This document shows positions 37,974 to 48,602 of a DNA stretch of 64,000 nt, piece by piece. Each line of letters begins with the position of its first letter. Position 1 is the first letter of the stretch. This DNA is from Minisyncoccia bacterium. GTDB lineage: Bacteria > Patescibacteriota > Minisyncoccia > Phycocordibacterales > UBA918. Where the stretch lies: assembly GCA_046293175.1 (NCBI GenBank), contig JBKBPM010000002.1:19176-83175 (forward strand), given 5' to 3'. The translations under genes were made by a program, and so were the position numbers. Under the pieces are notes generated by a model. The model was not told the DNA's origin. It was given only the letters and a program-made list of their open reading frames with translations, and did not search any database.

Positions 37974-38046
37974 TGCTGCGTAGAAGAGATGCTGGGTATA
38001 ACAAAAGCGCCTTTTAGGCGCTTTTGTTATACATGTGCCATGCTCC

Positions 38047-38379
38047 TTAGAGCATCTTCACATCAATATTGACTCCGGAAGGGAGTGAGAGGTTCGTAAG
38101 AGCCTCTACTACCTTTGGTCCTGGGTTCAAGATATCAATCACTCGCTTATGCATTCGCATTTCGAATTGTTCTCGCGCGTCTTTGTACACGAACGTCGAA
38201 CGGTTGACTGTATATTTCTTGATCTCGGTGGGGAGTGGGATTGGTCCAACTACCTTGGCATCGAAACGCAAGGCAGTATCAATGATCTGCTTGACTGAAG
38301 CATCAAGAATCTTATGCTCATACGCGCGAACGCGGATGCGCAACTTGTTGAAGGCTTCGGCTTTCTGAGTTGTTGCCAT
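38047..38379 (-). CDS. rpsJ: 30S ribosomal protein S10
   Basis: 110 aa typical S10. Confidence 0.9.
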   Translation of the reverse strand: MATTQKAEAFNKLRIRVRAYEHKILDASVKQIIDTALRFDAKVVGPIPLPTEIKKYTVNRSTFVYKDAREQFEMRMHKRVIDILNPGPKVVEALTNLSLPSGVNIDVKML

Positions 38380-38531
38380 AGATAGTAATTAATTTACTCA
38401 TCATAGTGGAAGTGTGCTTGGGATGCCTCAGATACGAGGAGAAACAAAGTTTTGGAAGAAGGCGTATTTATATACGACGACTGACTAAACTGAAGTTTCG
38501 ACAAAGTAGATGAGGTATATCCAAGTGCACT

Positions 38532-39725
38532 TTACTTGATGATCTTAGTTACAACACCAGCACCAACAGTCTTTCCACCTTCGCGGATAGCAAAGTTAGT
38601 CTGCTCTTCCATCGCTACTGGAGCGACGAGCTTGACCTTAAACTTAGCAGTATCTCCTGGCATAACCATTTCAACTCCCTCGCTGAGAGTTACCTCACCA
38701 GTAACGTCAGTGGTACGAATGTAGAACTGTGGCTTGTAACCAGTAAAGAATGGTGTGTGACGACCTCCTTCATCCTTCGAGAGTACGTATACTTCGGCTT
38801 CAAATTCTGTGTGTGGAGTCACTGAGCCCTTCTTCGCAAGTACCTGTCCACGGTGGATGTCTTCCTTCTTCACACCACGAAGAAGAATACCAGCGTTGTC
38901 TCCGGCCTGAGCCTGATCAAGCTGCTTGTTGAACATTTCAACTCCAGTCACCGTAGTAGTGGTAGTATCCTTGATACCAACGATTTCTACTTCTTCACCA
39001 ACCTTCACCGCACCACGTTCTACACGACCGGTTACTACCGTACCGCGTCCTTCAATTGAGAAGATATCTTCAATTGGCATAAGGAACGGCTTATCGAGCT
39101 GACGTTCTGGTAGTGGGAAGTATGAGTCCATCGCATCAACGAGTTCGATGATCTTGTCACCCCACTTACTCATTGGATCATTGAGAGCCTGGAGGCCTGA
39201 ACCGTGGATGATTGGAGCGTTCGCACCATCAAATCCGTTGTGGGTGAGGAGTTCACGGAGTTCTTCTTCCACGAGCATGAGCATTTCTTCGTCGTCAACC
39301 ATATCGCACTTGTTGAGGAATACGATGATGTTTGGCACACCCACTTGCTTTGCGAGGAGTACATGTTCACGAGTCTGTGGCATCGCACCGTCGGTAGCTG
39401 CTACTACGAGCACAGCGCCGTCCATCTGGGCTGCACCAGTAATCATGTTCTTGATGTAGTCAGCGTGACCAGGCGCGTCGATGTGCGCATAGTGACGATT
39501 TGGAGTCTCATACTCACTGTGTGAGAGAGAAATAGTAATACCACGAGCTTTTTCTTCTGGAGCCTTGTCGATTTCATCAACACCCTTAGTGGTAGCATCG
39601 TAGCCATTTCCACGAGCGTGGAGAGTGCTAAGAATTGCAGCAGTAAGCGTAGTCTTTCCGTGGTCAACGTGACCAATGGTACCTACGTTTACGTGCGGCT
39701 TTGTGCGGTCAAATGAACCTGCCAT
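38532..39725 (-). CDS. tuf: elongation factor Tu
   Basis: 397 aa; [14 protein letters not shown]-like motifs. Confidence 0.95.
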   Translation of the reverse strand: MAGSFDRTKPHVNVGTIGHVDHGKTTLTAAILSTLHARGNGYDATTKGVDEIDKAPEEKARGITISLSHSEYETPNRHYAHIDAPGHADYIKNMITGAAQMDGAVLVVAATDGAMPQTREHVLLAKQVGVPNIIVFLNKCDMVDDEEMLMLVEEELRELLTHNGFDGANAPIIHGSGLQALNDPMSKWGDKIIELVDAMDSYFPLPERQLDKPFLMPIEDIFSIEGRGTVVTGRVERGAVKVGEEVEIVGIKDTTTTTVTGVEMFNKQLDQAQAGDNAGILLRGVKKEDIHRGQVLAKKGSVTPHTEFEAEVYVLSKDEGGRHTPFFTGYKPQFYIRTTDVTGEVTLSEGVEMVMPGDTAKFKVKLVAPVAMEEQTNFAIREGGKTVGAGVVTKIIK

Positions 39726-39976
39726 AAACTTTATGATTAGTTATTCTCAATAATATTCCGCACACAGCTGCTTTTATATACAAAAGCCGTGCTTCCATGA
39801 GTTAGAACCGTAACGGCGCGAGAACAAAGTCGCGCTACGACTATAACCCATCGAAAGGGTGTGAAAGAGCAATATATGTTCGCTCCGACGACAACCAAAG
39901 GCTGTGGCGGTAGGGAGAATAGTAGCAGACAACAAAAATTATGCAAGCAGAGCTTTACTGCCTACAACTGGTTTAA

Positions 39977-40303
39977 TTAACGAAGCGCTTCTAAAATGGC
40001 TGTTCGGTCTGACTCTGAAGCACTCGGGGCAGCTTCGAGGGCTTTCACTACCGCTTCGGTATCTTCTGTTGTTGCTATAGGTGCGACCTCAAGTGCCTTC
40101 AAAATTTCAGCCTGATTTGCGTTTGTTGGGGCTTCAGCCACGGGCATTTCTGGGGTTGAAGTTGATTTTGCTGCTAGTCTCATGCCGTAATAAATATAAG
40201 CAGCCAAAATACCAACCAACATGAACACAAGCCCAATAGTTATAATCGTACGCAAATACTTGGCTTCGCGTGGGTTGATGGAAATTGGTTGTTCAGGATT
40301 CAT
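39977..40303 (-). CDS. hypothetical small membrane-anchored protein
   Basis: 108 aa with one TM helix and Ala/Glu-rich tail. Confidence 0.35.
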   Translation of the reverse strand: MNPEQPISINPREAKYLRTIITIGLVFMLVGILAAYIYYGMRLAAKSTSTPEMPVAEAPTNANQAEILKALEVAPIATTEDTEAVVKALEAAPSASESDRTAILEALR

Positions 40304-40314
40304 ACTTTTTTGTA

Positions 40315-41436
40315 TTATACTTCCACAGCTACTGGTATAACCTCAATACTCAATCGTTCTTCGACAGTGCCATACGCACCCGTACAGGTCATACGTACAG
40401 TGGCAGTATTCATAATTGGACCAGTCTGTACAGAGCCACTGACCGCACCAACCGCTAAATTGGTAATACCAGGACCGTTAATTACACAAGTATTCCCAAT
40501 GAGTGATGATAGACTCCAGGTCACGGTAGCGGTGTTACCACGCCGTACTATTGGTGGAATGGCATTGAGATCCATTGTTGGACTAGTAGTACCAGTGCCG
40601 AGTATACAAATACCGCCACTAGGTATTAGACCAGCTGCACAGGTGGCACTGAGGGTAACCGCATCGAGCATGGTAGTACCACTACGAGCATGGAAGGTGG
40701 TATTACCAAGACCGATGGTTACACCAAAGTTTGTTTGTGTGTGGTTCGTACTCAATTGACTGGCCGGAGCCGTTACCCGATATATATTTGGTGAGGCTAC
40801 ACTGTTATCAATATCCCAATTAAGCTGGGTAACACAGGTACTTGCGTTCTGTGCTACCATACAGTTATTACCCCAGATAGTGGCGCTTGTGGTGGCGAAA
40901 GTAACGTGTGAAAACATATCAATCCAACCAACCACCTCACTTCCCCAAGCGTATGAATCTGCGTTCATACCGGTTGCCATATTTGATGTGATGGCATGAT
41001 TGGTGCCGCGCAGTGAAATCCAACCATCCCAAGCACCAGCTTCAGGATTGTTACTCATAGTACTGCAGGTACCACCAAGTGTCCCCGCACATGCCCTGGC
41101 CCAGCCACTCCAAGTGAGGTTTGGATATGTACCGGTCAAGCGAGCATTTTCTGCTGCCGTACCGCCACCGGTTGGGAAACCAGCAAGACCGCCAAACTTG
41201 ATCCAGCCAATATTACTACTCCAACCCCAGCCGGTGATAGTCCGGTCGGCGTTAATGGTTACTTTGTAGTCACTTGAGGCACAGTTACTATCATTACGAC
41301 AGTTGAGTGAAATCCATCCGATATTACTGCTCCAGGCAAAGCCATCGAGATCAATCGGAGCTGGAAGTGTCTGGGCATGAGCAAAGGCCGCTCCAACAAA
41401 TAGCATAGCGAGTAAAAACAACTGGTACAGTTTCAT
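40315..41436 (-). CDS. secreted repeat protein (SSNIGWI / GW-type repeats)
   Basis: Signal peptide; repeated WSSNIGWISL, WSSNIGWIKF, WDGWISL, VGWIDMF motifs. Confidence 0.45.
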   Translation of the reverse strand: MKLYQLFLLAMLFVGAAFAHAQTLPAPIDLDGFAWSSNIGWISLNCRNDSNCASSDYKVTINADRTITGWGWSSNIGWIKFGGLAGFPTGGGTAAENARLTGTYPNLTWSGWARACAGTLGGTCSTMSNNPEAGAWDGWISLRGTNHAITSNMATGMNADSYAWGSEVVGWIDMFSHVTFATTSATIWGNNCMVAQNASTCVTQLNWDIDNSVASPNIYRVTAPASQLSTNHTQTNFGVTIGLGNTTFHARSGTTMLDAVTLSATCAAGLIPSGGICILGTGTTSPTMDLNAIPPIVRRGNTATVTWSLSSLIGNTCVINGPGITNLAVGAVSGSVQTGPIMNTATVRMTCTGAYGTVEERLSIEVIPVAVEV

Positions 41437-41533
41437 ATACTAGTAGTATAGGGTACAGAATGATACAAAGGAGGCGCTTGTACACAAATGGGGGATACCG
41501 TTATCAGATGCTTTTCTTGTTATGCTTCTTCCA

Positions 41534-41562
41534 TTAGATCCTTCTTCTTACAGAAACTATAT
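41534..41562 (+). repeat. intergenic repeat family, truncated copy 2a (box only)
   Basis: cttcttacagaaactatataccatttggg. Confidence 0.4.
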
Positions 41563-41581
41563 ACCATTTGGGCATTTCATT

Positions 41582-41674
41582 TCTTTACCCTTTTACAGAC
41601 ACTATACACCTTGTCGCTACTTTATTTCGTTTCACTCATAAAGTACCTGGCAAGGTCTTGCTAAAGTGACCCGC
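41582..41674 (+). repeat. intergenic repeat family copy 2b (type A)
   Basis: tttacagacactatacaccttgtcgctactttatttcg...ctggcaaggtcttgctaaagtg-acccg-cactttctcac. Confidence 0.55.
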
Positions 41675-41840
41675 ACTTTCTCACTCATAGAATTCCTCAA
41701 ATGGTCTTGCAGAATATGAACGGATTAATAAAAAGGCTCTCTCTGGAGCGCCTTTTCTTATGCCTCTTCTACAATATCCTTCAAGGTCAAGTCATTAAAT
41801 ATATTTCTTACTTGGTTCAAAATCTTCTCAGTGCTTCCCG

Positions 41841-41936
41841 CTTACAGCGGCAGTACACCTTTTGGATATCTTGTTTCGTTTCACTTACAAATTATCACAA
41901 AAAGTCGTGCGAAATGGGGTCCCATTCCATTTCTCA
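41841..41936 (+). repeat. intergenic repeat family copy 2c (type B)
   Basis: cttacagcggcagtacaccttttggatatcttgtttcgtttcac...caaaaagtcgtgcgaaatgg-ggtcccatt-ccatttctcac. Confidence 0.55.
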
Positions 41937-42056
41937 CCCCCCGCCTCGCTGATTCGGCGCCTGTAGAGTCGCCCTACTTCGTTCCGGCTCGTCAAAGATA
42001 TAGTGGGAAGACATATATAAAGAGAGCACCCTCGTCGGGTGCTCTCTTTATTATTA

Positions 42057-44228
42057 TTATGCTTCCTCCACTATATCTTTGACACCTCTCGACTTCTTGA
42101 TTTCCATTGCCACGTTTGGTGGGACGACATCATAGTGATCGAAAGTCATGGTCATACTAGCGCGACCTTGAGTCATCGAACGGAGAGTGTTTGTGTAACC
42201 AAACATTTCAGAGAGTGGTACTTGGGCGGTAATCACCTTCTTATCACCAAGATCGGTCATTCCCTCTACCTGACCACGCTTACTCGAGATATTTCCGTTA
42301 ACGTCACCCATGAACTGCTCTGGAGTACGCACTTCAACCTTCATTACTGGTTCAAGGAGCACAGCACCGGCCTTCGCTGCTGCTTCCTTAAAGGCGTAAA
42401 TAGCCGCAAGCTTAAAAGCAATTTCACTTGAGTCTACTTCATGGAATGATCCATCATAGAGCTCCACAGTCACGTCTTCCATCTTGTAACCGGCCACAAA
42501 ACCACGTGCCATCGCTTCACGACAACCCTTCATAACAGCTGGGATAAATTCACCTGGGATCGCCCCTCCTTTGATACTGTTCACAAACTCAAAGTGATCT
42601 TCACGAGTGACATTCTTGGGCACTTCCTTCCCTTCTTCAAGTGGTTGCATTGGGCGAATCTTAATCTTGACGTGTCCGTACTGTCCACGACCACCAGATT
42701 GCTTTGCGTACTTGTAGTCTGCTTCAGCTTCGTGTTGAATCGTTTCTCGATAGGCTACCTGAGGAGCACCAACGTTAGCTTCTACACCAAATTCACGCTT
42801 CATACGGTCAACGAGAATTTCTAGGTGAAGCTCACCCATACCCTGAATAATCGTCTGCATGGTTTCTTCGTCAGTAGAAACGATGAAGGTTGGATCCTCG
42901 TCAGAGAGCTTCTTGAGTGCAGTACTCATCTTCTCCTGGTCATTTTTGGTCTTCGGTTCGACACTCATTGCGACCACTGGTGCTGGGAACACAATTTGTT
43001 CAAGAATGATTGGATTCTGCTCATCACAAAGTGTATGTGATGTCTTTACATCTTTGAGTCCTACGCCAGCCGCAATTTCGCCTGCGTATACTTCTTCGAT
43101 TTCTGTACGTTTATCGGCCTGGAGTCGCACGATACGACCAAGACGTTCTTTCTGACCAGTTGTCGCATTGTAGATATAGCTACCAGCTTTTACCACACCT
43201 GAGTACACACGGAAGAAAGTGAGCTGCCCCACAAATGGGTCAGTCTGTAGCTTAAACGCAAGCGCGCAGAATGGTTCTTCATCTGAAGCAGTGCGAGTGA
43301 TTTCCGCTTCGGTATCTGGATTTGTACCCTTAACTGCTTCGAGGTCAGTTGGTGCGGGAAGATAATCAACTACACCGTCAAGTACGAGCTGGACGCCAAT
43401 GTTTTTCAAAGCTGAACCAGTGAACACGGGGAAAATTTCGTTAGCAATCACCGCTTTACGGAGAGTGGCTTTGATTTGTTCATTCGTTGGCAATTCTCCA
43501 TTAAGATAGGCCTCCATCAAGGCATCATCATGCTCTACAACACGCTCAATGAGCTCGGCGCGGTACATTTCTGCATCATCCTTAAGCTCGGTCGGAATCT
43601 CATGCTCCACAATTTTAGTACCCATTTCTCCTTCGAAGGTATATGCCTTCATGCGGATAAGATCTACAACACCTTTGAAGTGTTCTTCCGCACCCCAGGG
43701 AAGTTGTACTCGTACGGCCTTCTTTGAAAGTCGGTCAAGAATACTGGCATATGACTTCTCAAATGATGCACCCATACGGTCCATCTTGTTGATGAAACAG
43801 AGACGAGGCACTTTCGCTTCGTCGGCGTAACCCCAGTTGGTTTCAGACTGTGGTTCTACTCCAGCTACTGAGTCAAATACGACGACAGCACCATCAAGTA
43901 CACGCATTGAACGCTTTACTTCAGCGGTGAAATCGATGTGACCGGGTGTGTCGATAATGTTAAAGGTGTACATCTGTGACTTGTCTTTACGATCAGTCAC
44001 ATCTGATTTTGACCAGTTACAAGAAATCGCGGCCGCGGTAATGGTGATACCACGTTCACGTTCCTGTTCCATCCAGTCGGTTACCGTCGCACCATCATGC
44101 ACTTCACCAATCTTATGTGACATACCGGTATAGAAAAGCACGCGCTCTGAGGTAGTAGTTTTACCAGCATCAACGTGCGCAACAATACCGAAGTTACGCA
44201 TTCTATTAATAGGAAATTCTCGGGCCAT
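42057..44228 (-). CDS. fusA: elongation factor G
   Basis: 723 aa; [10 protein letters not shown]-domain. Confidence 0.95.
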   Translation of the reverse strand: MAREFPINRMRNFGIVAHVDAGKTTTSERVLFYTGMSHKIGEVHDGATVTDWMEQERERGITITAAAISCNWSKSDVTDRKDKSQMYTFNIIDTPGHIDFTAEVKRSMRVLDGAVVVFDSVAGVEPQSETNWGYADEAKVPRLCFINKMDRMGASFEKSYASILDRLSKKAVRVQLPWGAEEHFKGVVDLIRMKAYTFEGEMGTKIVEHEIPTELKDDAEMYRAELIERVVEHDDALMEAYLNGELPTNEQIKATLRKAVIANEIFPVFTGSALKNIGVQLVLDGVVDYLPAPTDLEAVKGTNPDTEAEITRTASDEEPFCALAFKLQTDPFVGQLTFFRVYSGVVKAGSYIYNATTGQKERLGRIVRLQADKRTEIEEVYAGEIAAGVGLKDVKTSHTLCDEQNPIILEQIVFPAPVVAMSVEPKTKNDQEKMSTALKKLSDEDPTFIVSTDEETMQTIIQGMGELHLEILVDRMKREFGVEANVGAPQVAYRETIQHEAEADYKYAKQSGGRGQYGHVKIKIRPMQPLEEGKEVPKNVTREDHFEFVNSIKGGAIPGEFIPAVMKGCREAMARGFVAGYKMEDVTVELYDGSFHEVDSSEIAFKLAAIYAFKEAAAKAGAVLLEPVMKVEVRTPEQFMGDVNGNISSKRGQVEGMTDLGDKKVITAQVPLSEMFGYTNTLRSMTQGRASMTMTFDHYDVVPPNVAMEIKKSRGVKDIVEEA

Positions 44229-44403
44229 ACTATAATTTATGTATAAAGGTTTATTAATGTGCGTCTTTTACAAAACACGATTGGGGCGCGTACTAGAAAA
44301 GAAAAAGCCAATGAGGCGTCGCGCGTGTACTATACGGTATTTGGCATCTTTCGGCAATAGGAAATGGATTGGCCGAAGCAAACCCAAGAAGCGAACAATT
44401 GGA

Positions 44404-45729
44404 CTAATAGCCTAGTATCTTCATTGCAGCGAGCACCCGCTTTGCACCAGCAATATTGGCGCCGCGCACATAATCAATTCCCCAATCCGCTTTGCCCTCT
44501 GTCTTACAGAGTTCATGGATATTTTCCATGATAGCAACGAGTTTTGCCTCCACTTCCTCGGCTGACCAGGGATAATGGGCGGCATTCTGGGCCATCTCAA
44601 GTCCTGATACTGCCACCCCGCCAGCATTACTCGCTTTGCCGGGGGCGTGAGCAATATGTGCATCATGGAGGACCGCCACCGCCTCGTTTCTAAGTGGCAT
44701 ATTAGCCCCTTCGACAACAAGCACGGCGTGACTAGCAATTACCCTAGCATCGACTTCATCAATTTCGTTTTGAGTAGCGCAAGGGAAATAACCATCAGCC
44801 ACTACGGTTTGCCAGGGTGTACCGATTATAAACGTAGTACCTGAAATAGCTACGGTGTCGAGGTTAGCACCGGTGTCTTTATGAGCGATAATCGCATCGA
44901 TATCACTTATAGTTAGACCAGCTTCTTTGTAAAGGTAACCAGTGCGATCAGACAAGGTTAGAACCACCGCACCTTCGGATACCAGTTTCCGAGCCGTATG
45001 CTCGGCCACGTTACCAGATCCAGAGACCACACAGCGTAATCCTACCAAAGTCTTCCCTACTTCACGAAGCATGGCGCGAGCGAAATACACAACTCCATGC
45101 CCAGTTGCAGCAGTGCGACCAAAACTCCCACCAATCAGAGGATCTTTGCCAGTCATCGCCCCTTCACTACGATGGGTCAGTTCCTTATACATACCCATCA
45201 TGTAGCCAATCTCGCGACCACCAACACCCATGTCCCCAGCTGGTACATCTATTTCGACACCAATATGGTGGTGGAGCTCAACCATAAACGCTCGACAAAA
45301 ACTGCGAATTTCGCTGTCGCTGCGACCTTTTGGATTAAAATCGCTTCCCCCTTTCCCTCCCCCTAAGGGAAGACCCGTCAGGGCATTTTTGAAAATTTGC
45401 TCAAATCCGAGGAATTTAAGCACATCCTCATTCACTGTCGGATCAAACCGCAGACCACCCTTATATGACCCGAGCGCTGAATTGAATTGCACTCGGTAAC
45501 CAATATTGTGTTCAATTGCACCTTGATCATTGGTCCACAATACTTTAAAAGCAATAATACGCTCCGGAATAGCAAGCCGTAAAAGCCGTTCGTAGTCTTC
45601 TTTAGTCGCACCCGTAGCTTTTAAGTATGGTTCCAAAGTTACGAAAACTTCCACAACAGCTTGCAAAAAAGTTGGTTGATGTGGCAAGTGAGCGGTTAAG
45701 GCAGCCAAAACGTCAGTGGTCGATGTCAT
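44404..45729 (-). CDS. gdhA: NADP-specific glutamate dehydrogenase
   Basis: 441 aa; GGGKGG and Rossmann motifs. Confidence 0.9.
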   Translation of the reverse strand: MTSTTDVLAALTAHLPHQPTFLQAVVEVFVTLEPYLKATGATKEDYERLLRLAIPERIIAFKVLWTNDQGAIEHNIGYRVQFNSALGSYKGGLRFDPTVNEDVLKFLGFEQIFKNALTGLPLGGGKGGSDFNPKGRSDSEIRSFCRAFMVELHHHIGVEIDVPAGDMGVGGREIGYMMGMYKELTHRSEGAMTGKDPLIGGSFGRTAATGHGVVYFARAMLREVGKTLVGLRCVVSGSGNVAEHTARKLVSEGAVVLTLSDRTGYLYKEAGLTISDIDAIIAHKDTGANLDTVAISGTTFIIGTPWQTVVADGYFPCATQNEIDEVDARVIASHAVLVVEGANMPLRNEAVAVLHDAHIAHAPGKASNAGGVAVSGLEMAQNAAHYPWSAEEVEAKLVAIMENIHELCKTEGKADWGIDYVRGANIAGAKRVLAAMKILGY

Positions 45730-45799
45730 AGCTATCAGTATACGCCTCTTTGGTGGAGGCTTCCAATAGTCACTGTTTAGCCATTAGTCGTCATCAGAT

Positions 45800-46771
45800 T
45801 TACCGGAATTGTCTTCCTTTTTTATCCTCACCCTTATCTTCGTCCTCATTTTTATCATCATCACCTTCGCGGTCTTTTGAACGTTCGTCATCATCGTCGC
45901 GCCTATCCCTCATATCATTTACACTGCCATGACCACTCGTATCACGCTTATCTTCTTCCTCATGGTCATCATCATTTAAATCATCGCTTTCCTTGTCACG
46001 TGGATTACTATCATCAAACTTATTGTCATCATCCTTATGAATACTTCGGTCATTATCGCTATCGTTATCATCACGATGATTATCATCATGGCCTATGCGA
46101 ACCTCGAGTTCGCCATCATCACGACTGCGTACTCGCATAGTTTCGGTACGGATCTCAAAACGATCATCATCGATACGCAATCGCATATCATCACCTTCGC
46201 GACCATGCACACGAACTTCGTCAATTAAAGAAATAACTGCTCGTCGCCGACTTTCGGTATCTGACTGAGGTAGCTGCTCAGCTTGCCGCAAAAATGCATC
46301 TACGGCTCGCGCGATCCGCTCTTCACCCTGTTCATTAACTTTTAAGCTATCGGAGATTTCTTCGATTTCCCTTTTAGTCCTCTCGACTTCTTCTGCAATA
46401 ATAGCCGTCAGTTCTTGTTGGCGCTCGTCTAAAAAGGCAGAACGAAGTTCCACTTTACGTGCTTCACTAGCCAACAATAGACGCATTGCCTCAGTTTTTT
46501 GATCAACTGAAAATAGCCAATCTCCTGGCTTAGCCGCTTCGGCAGCGGCTACTGTGCCGCCTAAACCAACCACCAAAAATACTCCAAACAATCCCGCCAC
46601 TAAAGACCGTGCAGGCTTTTGGAGCCACATTGTATACGGGGACACAATCTTGGTCGACACTGGCATACCACCCGACACCTGTTCCATCACTCGAACAAAC
46701 ATCGCCTCCCGAGCCGGTATAGATTGTTCCGGCCGACTGACGTGCATTTTTTCATCAAATAAATCTTTCAT
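45800..46771 (-). CDS. putative anti-sigma factor / membrane protein with extremely acidic-basic low-complexity C-terminal tail
   Basis: Immediately downstream of sigma factor gene; one TM helix; D/E/R/K/H-rich tail. Confidence 0.4.
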   Translation of the reverse strand: MKDLFDEKMHVSRPEQSIPAREAMFVRVMEQVSGGMPVSTKIVSPYTMWLQKPARSLVAGLFGVFLVVGLGGTVAAAEAAKPGDWLFSVDQKTEAMRLLLASEARKVELRSAFLDERQQELTAIIAEEVERTKREIEEISDSLKVNEQGEERIARAVDAFLRQAEQLPQSDTESRRRAVISLIDEVRVHGREGDDMRLRIDDDRFEIRTETMRVRSRDDGELEVRIGHDDNHRDDNDSDNDRSIHKDDDNKFDDSNPRDKESDDLNDDDHEEEDKRDTSGHGSVNDMRDRRDDDDERSKDREGDDDKNEDEDKGEDKKGRQFR

Positions 46772-46781
46772 GATGCTCGTG

Positions 46782-47309
46782 TTACGTGAGTAATGTTCCT
46801 AAAAATTCCTTCGCTCGGTGATGCCTCGTCCGTACTGCCCCTTCCTCTATCCCGAGCAAGACACCGATTTCTTTAAAGCTCAACCGTGACCAGTGATGAA
46901 GGACCACAATCTCCCGCGCTGTCTCATCGAGTGCAGTAAGAGCTGATGCGACATCAAGTCGGATTGCTCCCACTTCGACAGTCGAGCTTCCTTGCTCACT
47001 CACCGTTGTTTCATCAAGCGTCTTTGGCTGTCGTTTTTGGTTTTCATATGTCTGCGCTAATTGCCGACGTACGATAGTAAATACATACTGATAAAGCTGT
47101 GGCGTGGTTGTATAAGTAAAAGTCGGTACAGCTTTGAAAAAAGCAATGAGGGTTTCCTGCACTATATCAGCTGCTTGTTCCGCTTCAAACACCCGTGACC
47201 GCACATAGGCATACAACCGCGGCTCAAGTTCATCAAAGAGCGCTTGGTAGGCCTGTTGGTCTCCCGCTTTTGCGGCTTCACACTGTGTTTGCCACTCATG
47301 GTCAGTCAT
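46782..47309 (-). CDS. ECF-type (sigma-70 family) RNA polymerase sigma factor
   Basis: 175 aa; region 2 (YQYVFTIVRRQ) and region 4 HTH (LSFKEIGVLLGIEEGAVRTRHHRA). Confidence 0.75.
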   Translation of the reverse strand: MTDHEWQTQCEAAKAGDQQAYQALFDELEPRLYAYVRSRVFEAEQAADIVQETLIAFFKAVPTFTYTTTPQLYQYVFTIVRRQLAQTYENQKRQPKTLDETTVSEQGSSTVEVGAIRLDVASALTALDETAREIVVLHHWSRLSFKEIGVLLGIEEGAVRTRHHRAKEFLGTLLT

Positions 47310-47368
47310 AAAGGTGAGCCAACTTACCCTATATATGGGTTAAGCTGGGCAAAACGTTACATTAATGA

Positions 47369-48382
47369 TTATTCTCCGTCTGCGGTAGTGGCTTCATCAG
47401 CATATTCAAGAGCCTGTCCCGCGAGGACAAAGACCATGGTACTACCATCAGCCAATGTAAAGGTGAGGTTGCCATTCTCTGCTTCATCGTACGACTTAAT
47501 CTGACTCACCATCTCGAAGTACGGCCCCTCTTCTTTGGAATCACAAAACTTCTTGGTCGCTGCTACCGCGCCAAAGGTCATAGCAGAGGAAGTTCCCATT
47601 GGTGGAACATACTCGCTACTACCGGTATTACAGTCGGTTCCGAGAGATACCCGCGGTCCATCAAACAGCATGGTAAATACATCCGGTGTCGAGGGTTTAA
47701 CTACCGTGCCATCTGCCTTTTTTGTTTCACGCCAAATGTACTTACCTTTGAATTCTTTAGCAGCAAAAGCCGCTTCCTGCCAAGGCTTGCGACCTTCTTG
47801 GATAAAGGTGCCGGTGGTAATGTCTATAATAGCGGTGGTCTGCACCCTGGGTACTTCAGTCATAGCTTGATTTTGATCGTGCACAAAATACGTGACGGTA
47901 ACAGTATTACCCTCCCGCGTTAGTTTGGTCACCCGAATCCGGTCACCGAGGAATACTGAAGAAACGTGATTAAAACTTGTATCATTCTCGTCAATGAGCG
48001 CCAAATATACAAATGATCCTGTGCCTGGTGTAGAAACAACAATTGGTACCGCTCGGCGGCCGTTTTCTAGGTTAGTCGCAAAATCATCCATCGCGTAGAG
48101 TTGGCCTTCGCCAGTACCGGTAGCGAGCGCAAAACGATTCATTGGATAGTCACGAGTCGCTGATGGATAAATCAAATCAAGGACAACTTTGGTTGCCGGT
48201 TGATCTGGTACCACAAAGGTCTTACCTTTCATACTGTGCGCTACTGGTGGGATAGTCCAGGCATTAGGGTCACGAGTATAACGTGGCGGTTTTTCCGGTT
48301 CATAAAAGAAGTACCAATACGCACCACCCGCCAATACCGCAGTTACTACAACACCCAAACCAATAAAAAGATACTTTCTCAT
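47369..48382 (-). CDS. membrane-anchored protein with C-terminal META (HslJ-like) domain
   Basis: N-terminal TM; C-terminal GTDCNTGSS...FCDSKEEGPYFEM pattern of META/DUF306. Confidence 0.45.
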   Translation of the reverse strand: MRKYLFIGLGVVVTAVLAGGAYWYFFYEPEKPPRYTRDPNAWTIPPVAHSMKGKTFVVPDQPATKVVLDLIYPSATRDYPMNRFALATGTGEGQLYAMDDFATNLENGRRAVPIVVSTPGTGSFVYLALIDENDTSFNHVSSVFLGDRIRVTKLTREGNTVTVTYFVHDQNQAMTEVPRVQTTAIIDITTGTFIQEGRKPWQEAAFAAKEFKGKYIWRETKKADGTVVKPSTPDVFTMLFDGPRVSLGTDCNTGSSEYVPPMGTSSAMTFGAVAATKKFCDSKEEGPYFEMVSQIKSYDEAENGNLTFTLADGSTMVFVLAGQALEYADEATTADGE

Positions 48383-48482
48383 GCACTATCTTTAGAATTA
48401 CTCGGGTAGTATACCAGATTGTTTTGGAGTAACGACATGTTATTTCAATTCCAAGAATGCGTTCAAAAAGCATTCAGACAAG

Positions 48483-48574
48483 TGAGAAAGCGCGGGGCGC
48501 TTTCGTAAAACCTTTTGCGATAGTTTGTGAGTATAACAAAACAAACTAGCCAAAAGGTGTACTGTTCCTGTAAG
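48483..48574 (-). repeat. intergenic repeat family copy 3b (type B, inverted orientation)
   Basis: Reverse complement reads cttacaggaacagtacaccttttggctagtttgttttg...caaaaggttttacgaaagcgc-cccg-gcgctttctcac. Confidence 0.55.
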
Positions 48575-48602
48575 GAAGCGCAAACGGGGCGTATATAGAC
48601 AC

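Noticed and set aside
34131-38046. Diversity-generating retroelement (TR/VR plus reverse transcriptase) as explanation for the paralog cassettes
   Set aside because: No reverse-transcriptase-like ORF (no YxDD motif) in the window. The shared segments are identical 5' (N-terminal) regions rather than adenine-specific mismatched C-terminal VR/TR pairs.
41701-42082. ORFs 41701..41952 and 41831..42082 (and 48463..48684, 16161..16559) as protein-coding genes
   Set aside because: They lie entirely within intergenic repeat copies and share the peptide QYTFW.xCFV.LTNY only because they translate the same repeat in one frame. They have no RBS and overlap each other.
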